Notes under the pieces: generated by a model
What the model was told of the DNA's origin: nothing
The model's database searches: none
Seen by the model: only the letters and a program-made list of their open reading frames with translations
NCBI GenBank assembly: GCA_038087875.1
Contig: CM075998.1
Location: 6,202,001-6,266,000, forward strand
DNA length: 64,000 bases
Direction: 5' to 3'
DNA from: Malacoraja senta
Lineage: Eukaryota
Part shown: one piece after another, positions 53,202 to 64,000 of the stretch
How positions within the stretch are numbered: position 1 is the first letter of the stretch
Layout: each line of letters opens with the position of its first letter
Program-made: the position numbers and the translations under genes

Positions 53202-54023
53202 TCCTAATTCTGTTCCCATGACTAATGAACATAGGACGTGGGCAAGTTACCAGTGAGAACAAATATCTCGGGATGATAATAACTAACACAAGATGGACAA
53301 TTGTCCTGCTGCCCGCAAGCTTCCACCCTAAACTTGATGGGCCGAATGGTCTAATTCTGCTCCTATAACTTAGGAACATGAACTCCAGCTACATACCCGG
53401 AAATGACACTTTACAAGATATTTGTGAGTAATTTGGTGTGGGGGCAAATGTGTGGCTGGGGTGCGGTGAGTGACAGCCTTGTGCCTGTGTCACCCAATCT
53501 CTCCACCCCCTGGAGTTTTCATCCCTCGTGTCTGCACCTCACTTCTGCTGGAGACCAACTGACGGAGACCAGACCATACCGTGAGAGGAATAGATCGGGT
53601 AGATGCACAGTCTCTTGCCCAGTGTAGGGGGAATCGAGGACCAGAGGACATAGGTTCAAGGTGAAGGGGGAAGGATTGAATAGGAATCTGAGGGGTAACT
53701 TTTCCACACAGAGGGTGGTGGGTGTGTGGAACAAGCTGCCAGAGGAGGTAGTTGAGGCTGGGACTCTCCCGACGTTTAAGAAACAGTTAGACAGGTACAT
53801 GGATAGGACAGGTTTGGAGGGATATGGGCCAAAAGCGGGCAGGTGGGACGAGTGTAGCTGGGACATTGTTGGGCGAGTTGGGTTGAAGGGCCTGTTTCCA
53901 CACTGTATCACTCTGTGACTGTATTGCCCGTGATGTGCGTGGTAGGGTGTGATCGTGATCGCCTCTTTGTGCTGGCCAAACACTATTCCCCAGTGGTGAT
54001 GACAGGCCCTCTTTTCTTCGCAG

Positions 54024-54117
54024 AACCAAAGCCCTGGTACTGGAACTACTTGCGGCCGTCTGTCTCGTGAGAGGGGGGCACGAAATCATTCTCTCCGCGT
54101 TCGACCATTTCAAAGAG
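54024..54117 (+). CDS. FMNL3: FMNL3 exon 9 equivalent: (R)[31 protein letters not shown]
   Basis: TTCTTCGCAG acceptor, 94 nt, GTACGA donor; AG|A junction in frame. Confidence 0.95.
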
Positions 54118-54545
54118 GTACGAGAGCTTTCACTTTCATCCCAACCCACAAAGCCCGATGCTGACTTAGGGGAGTGAAGGGGAGGGAGGAGGGGGGTGCC
54201 GACATTATCCTTCCTGCCACCGATCGGCGGCGAGGTGGCGAGCCCTCGAGGTGGGCTGCAGGAGGTACCCACCCCCCTGGGGAAGGAGAGCTGAAGAGGG
54301 CTGGGCAAGGAGAAGGGATTGTGCTTGTGTATGGTGTTAGTTTGCTGAGCTGTGTGTAAACCCCCCACCTTGGTGCATGCGATAATCAAGAACCATGGAG
54401 TTGCTGCCTCACAGCACCAGGGACCCGGCTTCAATCCTGACTACGGGTGCTGTCTGTGTGGAGTTTGTATGCTCTCCCCATGTGGGTTTTCTACGAGTGC
54501 TCCAGTTTCCTCCAAAGACGTGCAGTTTTATAGGTTTAAGTTTTA

Positions 54546-55420
54546 TAGTAATAATAATAATGAATTTTATTTACGGGCGCCTTATACCGAGGTCTCAAGG
54601 ACACCTTACAGAGATTTATAGGAAACATATAATCAGAATTTAAAAAATAAGTTATAAAGACCAATACACAAATCAGGGACAGAATTCCTTCCAAAAACAC
54701 AAAACATAAAATCAGAAGCACAATTTGAGGAGAGAGCAGCGGCAATGAAACCGCGCCAGCGTCCACTCTCCCCTCCGACCGCCATCTTGAACACAGACTA
54801 ACAAATACAATTACAAACAATTACATACAAAAATCATCCCCCCACAGTGATTTGCACTGTGGGGGAAGGCATAATGTCCAGTCCCCAGCCCCAGTTCACC
54901 CAAAAAGTCAGGCCAAATGAGGCCCCCGCTATTGCCTCTACGGAGGCCCGATGATCCTGGCCGTTCTCGCCGGGTGATGTAGCCCCGGCGTCGGGAGAGT
55001 CCTCCAGCAGCTGGGCCACCTGGAACGGCCGCATTCCTCACCGGAGGCTGGAACGGCAAATTTCCCGCAGGCGTCCGCAGCACCTGAAGCCGACAGGGCC
55101 GCGCCGATTTGGAGCCACGAGGCTCCCGGTGTTGGAGTCGGCGCCGCCGCCCGTGGATGGTCGCTCCACAGTCCCGCAGCCCGGAGGTGTTGAGCTCGGC
55201 GGTCCAGCTCACCGGAGCTCCAGCGCGTCGGTCCAGCGCGGCGACCCAGGCAAGGCATCGCCCGCTCCGCTGCGCAATAGCGCTCCAGCGCCGTGCTGCC
55301 ACCGAAGCTGAGGGTGCTGTGCGGCCCCCGTCGGGAAACGCCGCTCCACGCCCGCTGGTAGGCCCGCGAGGACGGGTCGACTTGGCAGCCGGAGAGAAGG
55401 CTGCCTCACCGACCAGGTAG
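54546..55420 (-). mobile_element. Unclassified CpG-rich element with L2-like 3' tail
   Basis: Minus strand ends TGTAAGGTGTCCTTGAG..AAGGCGCCCGTAAATAAAAT(TTA)n; body CpG-rich with no recognisable protein. Confidence 0.55.
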
Positions 55421-56439
55421 GGTGACGTTTCAGTCTTTCAGACTTCTTCAGACTGAAGTAGGGTCTCGGCCCGAAACGTCGCCTATTTCCTTCGCTCCAT
55501 AGATGCTGCCTCACCCGCTGAGTTTCTCCAGCATTTCTGTCTACCTCAGGTTTATAGGTTCATTGCCTTCAGTAAATGTCCCTACTGTGTAGGATACAAC
55601 TGGTATGTGGTGATCGCTGGTCGGTGTGGACTCGATGGGCCAAAGGGCCTGTTTCCACGCTGTATCTCTGAATTAAACGAAACAATCCTTCTCCTGGCAA
55701 GAAGGTGAGAGAGAGCTGTTGTTGGTGGTTGCATGGTTTAACCACCCTGGAGGGGGATCTAGAACCTTCCTTCTCCCTCCGTGGGTTAGACCTCACTGGC
55801 GTGCCTGGTTGCAGCAGCAGAGCTAGTGATGAAGGAAGGTCATCCTGCACTCAGTGGGCAAGGACATGAGCCATCCCTAGTCCACATTGTAGACACATAG
55901 ACAGTCATGGCACAGGCGGAGTTGCCATCTTGGCAATGCCAACCAAAAGTGGGCCAGTTTCCGCCATTGCCACTTTTTGCAGTCGCCCAGGGAACAGTTT
56001 TATCCTTCACCACTCTGACGGTGCGTTACAGACCCCACCAGCCTGCGGTTTTGTGACAGGTCTGTGCTTGGCCAACCCCCCCACCCCTCCCCACGGTGTG
56101 GCACAGAGCCACAGGGACTCTTTGACCTGGGTGGGTGCGTGAGGGTGAGTAGTGACGCACACACGACCACCCGCTGGCCACTTGAGCGTGCTCGCAATGC
56201 TGTTTCAGTTTAGTTTAGTTTCGAGAAACAGCGCGGAAATGGGACCTTCGGCCCATCGAGTCCGTGCCGACCAGCGATCCTCGCACACTAACACTATCCT
56301 ACACACACTGGGGACAATTTACAATTTTACCAAAGCCAATTAACCTACAAACCTGCACGTCTTTGGAGTGTGAGAGGAAAGCGGAGCACCCGGAGAAAAC
56401 CCACGCAGGTCACGGGGAGAACGTACAAACTCCGTACAG

Positions 56440-56772
56440 GCCACACACTCATCTCCCTACTACCTTCAGGTAGAAGGTACAGGAGCCTGAAGACTGCAAC
56501 GACCAGGTTCAGGAATAGCTACTTCCCCACAGCCATCAGGCTATTAAACCTGGCTCGGACATAACACTGAACTTTATTAGCCAATACTGTTATTTGCACT
56601 TTATCAGTATATTGATTCATGTATGTATATATTTATATAATGGTACATGGACACACTGATCTGTTTTGTAGTCAATGCCTACTATGTTCTGTTGTGCTGA
56701 AGCAAAGCAAGAATTTCATTGCCCTATCAGGGACACATGACAATAAACTCACTTGACTTGACTAGACTTGAC
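56440..56772 (+). mobile_element. 5'-truncated Rex1-like 3' end
   Basis: Near-identical to 52871-53190; (CTTGA)n tail. Confidence 0.88.
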
Positions 56773-57345
56773 TTATTTCCATGCGGCCTACAGTATTCTC
56801 TTGATTATCCTGCAGTCACCCACACTAGGGGCAGGTATAATAAAAGCAGAATGTGTCAAGCAGCATCTGTGGAGAGAGAAACAGTCGACGTCTCAACTCA
56901 AAGACCCTTTGCCAGAACTGGGAAAGAAAGAAACAAGTATTTATTATTCGCTCTTTCCTCGTCCGACCGAGATTCATCGACCTGAAACGCCAACTCTGTT
57001 TCTCTCTCCACAGGCGCAGCCCGACCAGCTGAGTGCTTCCACCATTTTCTGCTGCTACTTCACATTTCTAGCACCCGTACTTTTCTTTTTGATTTTCATA
57101 AGCTAGAGGTGATTAAGAATAGCCAATTAAGAGTCAAGAGTCAAGGGAGTGTTTTATTGTCATGTGTCCCAGAGAAAACTGTGAAATTCTTACTTGCAGC
57201 AGCACAACAAAATATGTAAACATAGTACACTGTAAATATAATAAACAAGAAAAAACATTCAGTGTATATATATATATATATTACTAGACTAAGTGGGACG
57301 CGTTGGGTCCCATGTTCACACGGGAGGGCTGAAGCCCCCCCCCCC

Positions 57346-57810
57346 CAAACAACCATTTGCACTGCCTTTTTACTTCAACCTAACCCCCCCCTCAAACAAC
57401 CATTTGCAGTGCCTTTTTACTTCAACCCAAAACCACCCCAAACAACCATTTGCACTCTTTTTACTTCAACCCAAAAAAAAACCAAACAACCATTTGCACT
57501 GCCTTTTTACTTCAACCCAAACCCCCCAAACAACCATTTGCACTGCCTTTTTACTTCAACCCAAACCCCCCAAACAACCATTTGCACTGCCTTTTTACTT
57601 CAACCCAACCCCCCCCACCAAACAACCATTTGCACTGCCTTTTTACTTCAACCCCAAAACCCCCCAAACAACCATTTGCACTGCCTTTTTACTTCAACCC
57701 AACCCCCCCCCCCCCCCACCAAACAACCATTTGCACTGCCTTTTTACTTCAACCCAACCCCCCCCACCAAACAACCATTTGCAGTGCCTTTTTACTTCAA
57801 ACCAACCATA
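57346..57810. repeat. ~45-50-bp tandem array inside the Helitron (about 10 units)
   Basis: Unit CAAACAACCATTTGCACTGCCTTTTTACTTCAACCC plus variable C/A run. Confidence 0.95.
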
Positions 57811-57854
57811 TTTTCATTTTCAAACCACATTAAGGGCACTCACAGTTGAGTAGA

Positions 57855-57988
57855 AGGTACACAAAAATGCTGGAGAAACTCAGTGGGTGCAGCAGCAACA
57901 GCAACTGTTAGATGCTGCTGCACCCGCTGAGTTTCTCCAGCATTTTTGTGTACCTTCGATTTTCCAGCATCTGCAGTTCCTTCTTTAA
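57855..57988. mobile_element. Palindromic PLE-derived insertion inside the Helitron
   Basis: ~43-bp inverted arms; direct repeat CACAGTTGAGTAGA at 57841-57854 and 57989-58002. Confidence 0.82.
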
Positions 57989-58252
57989 CACAGTTGAGTA
58001 GACATGTGTTCAGTTTATAGTCCCTCCCTCCAGCAGGGGCAGCAGAGAGAATGGCAATGTTTTAAAAAACATTAATATCTCTCTGATTTTACATCGATGG
58101 GAAAAATCCTCTGGTCCTGGAAGGCGGAGGGGGTCTCTGGGCGAGGTGGCCAAGGATGACGGCCGTAGGTGGCGGCGTTCTCTCGGAAATCACAGCACAG
58201 CGAGCCAAAAGCGGTCAAGATCAGACTTTTAGTAATATAGATATATATATAT

Positions 58253-58524
58253 TGTGGCATCACCTGATGGTCAGACCACTTACTGTCGAACCCTCGTCAG
58301 TGGTTATGAGGACTGTCACGTGATGTCATGGGTTAAGGGGAGTGTCCTGCTACTTCAGCAGATCTTACCTTGAGATCATGAGTCTACAGGTAGCTGAGCT
58401 CGAGTCAACACCCTCGCTGCAGCAGCAATGACTCAATATGTTAGACAGTCCCAACGCACATGTATGTCAAACTTATCTCACCGAATAAAGTAACCGTTTG
58501 ATCACAACGTTTGGACTCGCTACA
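58253..58524 (+). mobile_element. LTR (272 bp) of an LTR retrotransposon
   Basis: TGTGGC...GCTACA termini, AATAAA at 58484-58489, followed after 1 nt by a tRNA-Trp PBS. Confidence 0.78.
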
Positions 58525-58525
58525 T

Positions 58526-58558
58526 TGGTGACCCGACGTGATTCGAACACGCAGCCTT
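58526..58558 (-). other. tRNA-Trp 3'-half copy including CCA (extended primer-binding site)
   Basis: Minus strand AAGGCTGCGTGTTCGAATCACGTCGGGTCACCA matches the recalled vertebrate tRNA-Trp 3' end with one G missing; encoded CCA implies copying from mature tRNA. Confidence 0.85.
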
Positions 58559-60537
58559 TGGGATGTGGGAGCAAACCGGAGTATCCGGAGAAAAGCCGCT
58601 TGGTTGCAGGGATAATGTGCAAAACTCATGCAGAAAGCATGGGAAATCAGGATTGAAACCGGGTGGCGGGAGCTGTGAGACAGCAGCTCCACCCGCTGCA
58701 TCACTGTGCCTGCCTAACCCAACTTCCCCACGTTAACCAAAGGTTAGATCTGAATTCATTGCTTCCCTGAATGGGACTGCAGCTTCAGTTTCAGTTTAGT
58801 TTAGAGATACCGCGCGGAAACAGGCCCTTCGGCCCACCCAGTCCGCACCGACCAGCGATCCCCGCACACTAACACTATCCTACACACACTAGGGACAATT
58901 TTTACATTTATACAAAGCCAATTAACCTACAAACCTGTACGTCTTTGGAGAGTGGGAGGAAACCGGAGCACCCGTAGAAAACTCACACAGGCCACGGGGA
59001 GAAGGTACAAACTCCGGACAGACAGCACCCGTAGTCAGGATCAAACCCGGGTCTCTGGTGCTGTAAGGCAGCAACTCTACCGCTGCACCACCATGCAGCA
59101 CATGTATCAGAGTGTGTGACAGGCATTAGCTTTCTCTCTCCGTCTATCGATGAATTGTTTTTTTTCTGCTCAGAAGGAGTCAAAGGCTAAGCCTAACCCT
59201 AACCCTCAGTTAATGCAGAGTCAGGCTTTTTAATCCTGGGTCGAACAGCTCAAGGGTTAAGTTTCATCATAATTGTTCAGAAAGATATTGGATAGAAAAA
59301 TTACAGTTCCAATTACAAAGTGGCCCGAACCAAATATAATTCAGATAAATACAGACGGATTCAAAATCTTACCTACAAAAATTAATTGGCCTGTCGGTCA
59401 TAAGGTCATAAGTGATAGGAGTAGAATTAGGCCATTCGGCCCATCAAGTCTACTCCACCATTTAATCATGGCTAATCTATCTCTCCCTCTCAACCCCATT
59501 CTCCTGCCTTCTCCCCATAACCCCTGACACCCGTACTGATCAAGAATCTATCCATCTCTACCTTAACAATATCCACTGACTTGGCCTCCACAGCCGTCTG
59601 TGGCAAAGAATTCCACAGATTCACCACCCTCTGGCTAAAGAAACTCCTCCTCATCTCCTTCTTAAAGGTGCGCACAGTCAGACAGAGACAAGAATAAAAT
59701 TAGTTCTCTATGATGAACTGGTATATTTAGTATTCCTTAATGAATTGAAAGAAAGCACATATCCTTTGAACAACCGTGAGACGTCGAAATCCAAAGACAC
59801 ATATTCCTGAAAACTGGGGCTAAGGATAGGTAGCTTATTTCTCTTGGCTGCCAACCCAGCCCTCAAACATCTTAACACCTAACCTTGTACAACAAAATAC
59901 TGCTCTCATCTTCATCATACTGTTAAACATGCCTCCTCCTTCAACCAGCGGGAAGCGCGGCAATCATTCCGATTCCCTGCCCCATTATCCCAGTCTGGAG
60001 CGGATAAGGCCATGTGAAACTGGACCAGGGGCAGTCAGGACCGAATACTGAAAGGCCTGGATAGAGCGGATGTGGAGAGGATGTTTCCACTAGTGGGAGA
60101 GTTTAGGACCAGCGGCCACAGCCTTAGAATTAAAGGACGTGCCTTTGGGAAGGAGACGAGGAGGAATTCCTTCAGCCAAAGGGTGGTGAATCTGTGGAAT
60201 CCATTGCCACAGACGGCTGTGGAGGCCAAGTCATTGGGTATTTGTAAAGCGGAGATCTACAGATTCTTGATTAGTACGGGTGTCAAAGGTTACGGGGAGA
60301 AGGCAGGAGAATGGGGTTGAGAGGGAGAGATAGATCAGCCATGATTGAATGGTGGAGTCCACTTGATGGGCCGAATGGCCTAATTCTGCTCCGATGACTT
60401 ATGAACATAAGACACGAGCTAAATCAAAGGGCCAGTTAGCAGTGAGGCCAAGTATCTTGGTGGTGATAATAAAGAGCACAAGAGGAGCAACTGTGCTTAC
60501 ACAGACTTACACCATAACCTTATTTTGTTCTTTTCAG

Positions 60538-60612
60538 GTGTGCAAAGAAAAGCATCGCTTCGACAACCTGATGGAATATTTCCGCAATGAAGACACCAAC
60601 ATAGATTTCATG
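60538..60612 (+). CDS. FMNL3: FMNL3 exon 10 equivalent: [25 protein letters not shown]
   Basis: TTTTCAG acceptor, 75 nt, GTGAGA donor; gene continues beyond the window. Confidence 0.95.
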
Positions 60613-60984
60613 GTGAGAATTGAAGAGGTCGGCTCCTTACAGTGGTGAGGGTGTAAGGCTGTGGCTATGTGTACAGACAATCTTTAGATTGGGGGGGGGT
60701 CAGGGGGACTGACACATATTTGCTCCCCAAGAGGATAGGACAGGTTTGTGGGGATATGGACCAAGCGCAGGCAGGTGGGACTAGTGTAGCTGGGACATTG
60801 TTGGCCAGTGTGGGCAAGTTGGGCTGAAGGGCCTGTTTCCACACTGTATCACTCTGTGAGTCTAACCAATAAAGGCTGCAACGGAAGCCTTTAGGCCGAA
60901 GGCCTTTCTTCCTGGACCTCGCTGGACTTTGAGAAGGAGTATGAAGAGTTTGAGGTAAGAGAATAGGAGGCTCCAAGGTAGAAG

Positions 60985-61545
60985 CTCTTTAGGTACAGTG
61001 CACAGATACATGATGAGGGAATAATGTTACATGCAAGATAAAGGCAGTAAAGTCTGATCACAGATAGTCCAAGGGTCACCAAAGAGGTAGATAGCAGTTC
61101 ACTGCTCTCTGGTTGTTGGTGAGAGGACGGTTCAGTTGCTTGATAACAGCTGGGAAGAAACTGTCCCTGAATCTGGAGGTGTGCGTTTGTTTTCACACTT
61201 CTGTACCTTTTGGGAGAGGGGGGAAGAGGGAATGACCAGGGTGAGCCTGGTCCTTGATTATGCTGCTGGCCTTGCCGAGGCAGCGTGAGGTATAAATGGT
61301 GTCAGTTCTGTAATTGGGCAACAGTTTGGGACTCTGAGGGCAATGCAGATATCCATTTAGCTGATGACAGATCTAGGTACGATCTGTTGTGTCTTTGACC
61401 TCCTCTGGATTTTTCAGCGTGAGGTATAAATGGAGTCAATGGAAGGGAGGTCGGTTTGTGCGATGGTCGGGGCTGTGTCTACAATTCTCTGCAATTTCTT
61501 GTGGTCTTGGATGCGCTGTCCCCACACCATGCTGTGATGCATAAG
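60985..61545 (-). mobile_element. Older Rex1-like 3' fragments
   Basis: Minus-strand RT C-terminus (LQRIVDTAPTIAQTDLPSIDSIY) and 3' UTR; related pieces at about 9664-9946, 35340-35840 and 44570-44910. Confidence 0.7.
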
Positions 61546-62731
61546 TTGATGGGGTGAGAGGTTGGGAAAGTGAGGATCCTCAGTGCGTAAAAAAAAGACA
61601 CAAAATGCTGGAGTATCTCAGCGCTATCTCAGCGGCATCTCTGGAGGACATGAATAGGTGACGTTTTGGGTCGGGACCCTTCTTCATTGTTTCAAGTGTT
61701 AACTTCACGTGGAGAAACAAGAAGAATTTGTGGTTAATGAGCTGTAGAAAAAGCCGGAAGTTCAAATTAAATCTTCAGCTTAACACTTCCAATTATATTG
61801 CTTACCTCAACAGACAAAAGAGCTTTGTTGCTGGACGCAGCAGCTTGGGATGTTATGTTGCAGCGCTCCATCTAAATGCAAGTTGTTGTTTAGTTTCGTT
61901 TAGTTTAGAGATACAGCGCAGAAACAGGCCCTTCAGCCCACCTCGTCCGCACCGACCAGCGATCCCCGCACACTAACACTACCCTAGGGACAGTTTTGTT
62001 TTCTCCAAGCCAATTAACCTACAAACCTGTACGTCTTTGGAGTGCGGGAGGAAACCGAAGATCTCAGAGAAAACCCACGCAGGTCACGGGGAGAACGTGT
62101 AAACTCCGTACAGACAGCAGCCGTAGTCAGGATGGAACCCGGGTCTCTGGTGCTGTGAGGCAGCAACTCTACCGCTGCCCCACCGTGACGTCCCTCACAT
62201 CATTGTCCACCGTTTGAGAAGACTGGAGATTTTCTCTCAAAAAGGATAGGATTTATTTACTCACTAACAATCCCAATCAGCATTTGTAGAATGTGTTTAA
62301 CATGGGAAAGCATCCATGGTGGGCTGAAGGGCCTGTTACTGTGCTGTCGTGCTGCACTCTTCTATCTTCTATCTCAAGATACTTTGCAAGGAAGTCACCA
62401 GACCGAATTTGCTGCAGAGCCATATAACGAAATATAAACGGCTGGCGCAGGTTATTCGGCCCTTCAACCCTGCCCTGTCATTTAATGTCATCATTCAATT
62501 CAACCCCTATTTCTTGCCCATTCTTCCTATCACTCAATCCCAAAAATCTATCCGTCTCAGCATTGATTTATATCCAATGATTTAGCCTCCATGGTCTTCC
62601 TGGGTAGATAGTTTGTCTAGGTACTGATCTAGGGGGTGGCGCAGCAATAGACTTGCTGCCTCACAACGCCAGACCCAGTTTGATCCTGACTAGGGGTGCT
62701 GTCTGTACAGTTTGTACGTTCTCTCTGTGAC

Positions 62732-63708
62732 CAATATACATCAATGATTTGGATGAAAGGATTCAAAGTAACATTAGCAAATTTGCAGATGACACAAAGC
62801 TGGGTGGCAGTGTGAACTGTGAGGAGGATGCTATGAGAATGCAGGTGACTTGGACAGGTTGGGGGAGTGGGCAGATGCATGGCAGATGCAGTTTAATGTG
62901 GATAAATGTGAGGTTATCCACTTTGGTGGCAAAAACAGGAAGGCATTTGATTATCTGAATGGTGTCAAGTTGGGAAAAGGGGAAGTACAACGGGATCTGG
63001 GGGGGTCCTTGTTCATCAGTCTATGAAAGTAAGCATGCAAGTACAGCAGGCAGTGAAGAAAGCGAATGGCATGTTGGCCTTCATAACAAGAGGAGTTGAG
63101 TATAGGAGCAAAGAGGTCTTTCTGCAGTTGTACAGAGCCCTAGTGAGACCACACCTGGAGTATTGTGTGCAGTTTTGGTCTCCAAATTTGAGGAAGGACA
63201 TTCTTGAGGGAGTGCAGCGTAGGTTCACGAGGTTAATTCCCGGGATGGCGGGATTGTCATACATGGATAGAATGGAGCGGCTGGGCTTGTATACTCTGGA
63301 ATTTAGAAGGATGAGAGGATATCTTATTGAAACATATAAGATTATTAAGGGATTGGACACGCTAGAGGCAGGAAACATGTTCCCGATGTTGGGGGAGTCC
63401 AGAACCAGGGGCCACAGTTTAAGAATAAGGAGTAAGCCATTTAGAACGGAGATGAGGAAAAACGTTTTCACCCAGAGAGTTGTGAATCTGTGGAATTCTC
63501 TGCCTCGGAAGGCAGTGGAGGCCGGGTTCTCTGGATGCTTTCAAGGGAGAGTTAGATAGAGCTCTTAAAGATAGCAGAGTCAAGGTAAACGATGAGAAGG
63601 CAGGAACGGGGTACTGATTGTGGACGATCAGCAATGATCACAGTGAATGGCGGTGCTGGCTCGAAGGGCCGAGTGGCCTACTCCTGCACCTATTGTCTAT
63701 TGTCTATT
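62732..63708 (+). mobile_element. CR1-type LINE, RT C-terminal half with frameshifts
   Basis: NDLDERIQSNISKFADDTKLGG, RPHLEYCVQFWSP; (CTATTGT)n tail. Confidence 0.9.
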
Positions 63709-64000
63709 GACCTGCGTGGGTTTTCTCCGGGTGCTCCGGTTTCCTCCCACACTCCAACAACGTACAGGTTTGTAGGTTAATTGGCTTTGGTAAAATTGTA
63801 AATTGTCCCTAGTGTGTGTAGGATAGTGTTAGTGTGCGGGGGGATCGCTGGTCGGCACAGACTCGGTGGGCCGAAGGGCCTGTTTCCGCGCTGGATCTTT
63901 AAACTTAACGAAAGTAAATGTTTCAGGTCGGGATCCTTCTTCAGACTAGAGACAGCATCTGTCCCATCTCCTCCGCAGATGTGCCTGACCCGCTGAGTTC

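Larger units (their letters stand above)
57284..58241 (-). mobile_element. Non-autonomous Helitron
   Basis: Minus strand: A|TCTATATTACTAAAAG 5' end; subterminal hairpin TGGGAC-7nt-GTCCCA; CTAG|T 3' end; sits between A and T in a (TA)n tract. Confidence 0.82.

Noticed and set aside
54811..55514. GC-rich ORFs or a CpG-island promoter of a nested gene
   Set aside because: No recognisable protein or splice structure; the block sits inside a split SINE with an apparent TSD, so it is better explained as an insertion.
57346..57810. CRISPR-like repeat/spacer appearance (also 35841-36590 and 20474-21100)
   Set aside because: Eukaryotic intron; the intervening parts are homopolymer variants or absent rather than unique spacers; no cas genes.
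58526..58558. tRNA-Trp gene
   Set aside because: Only the 3' half is present, with encoded CCA, directly after an LTR; not a functional gene.
59188..59206. Interstitial telomere-like CCTAACCCTAACCCT
   Set aside because: Only about 2-3 units; too short to distinguish from chance.

Overview
Eukaryotic, intron-dominated vertebrate DNA, most likely from a cartilaginous fish (inferred from HE1-like V-SINEs and HER1/CR1-type LINEs with shared 3' tails). The only host gene is a formin-like gene, best matching FMNL3, on the + strand. Nine internal exons (equivalent to exons 2-10; 834 nt, 278 codons; GBD/FH3 region) splice in frame with GT-AG sites between 23071 and 60612; exon 1 and the FH1/FH2 exons lie outside the window. 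The rest is largely transposon-derived: tRNA-derived V-SINEs, CR1 3' fragments, a decayed near-full-length Rex1/Babar-like LINE, PIF/Harbinger-type MITEs, a non-autonomous Helitron, an LTR with tRNA-Trp PBS, Penelope-like (PLE) fragments, micro/minisatellites and a 200-N gap. Top observations: (1) a PLE-derived repeat family carrying a minimal type-I hammerhead-ribozyme motif, present as palindromes and as a composite tandem array at distant loci; (2) an LTR followed by a tRNA-Trp copy running about 16 nt past the normal 18-nt PBS, resembling captured plus-strand strong-stop DNA; (3) two templated copies taken from about 5 kb downstream; (4) a frame-preserving 45-bp minisatellite born from LINE coding sequence; (5) RFX X-box motifs in unique intronic DNA. 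Family names come from recalled motifs, not database searches; novelty is untested. Repeat boundaries are approximate unless stated, and not every SINE/LINE fragment is listed.
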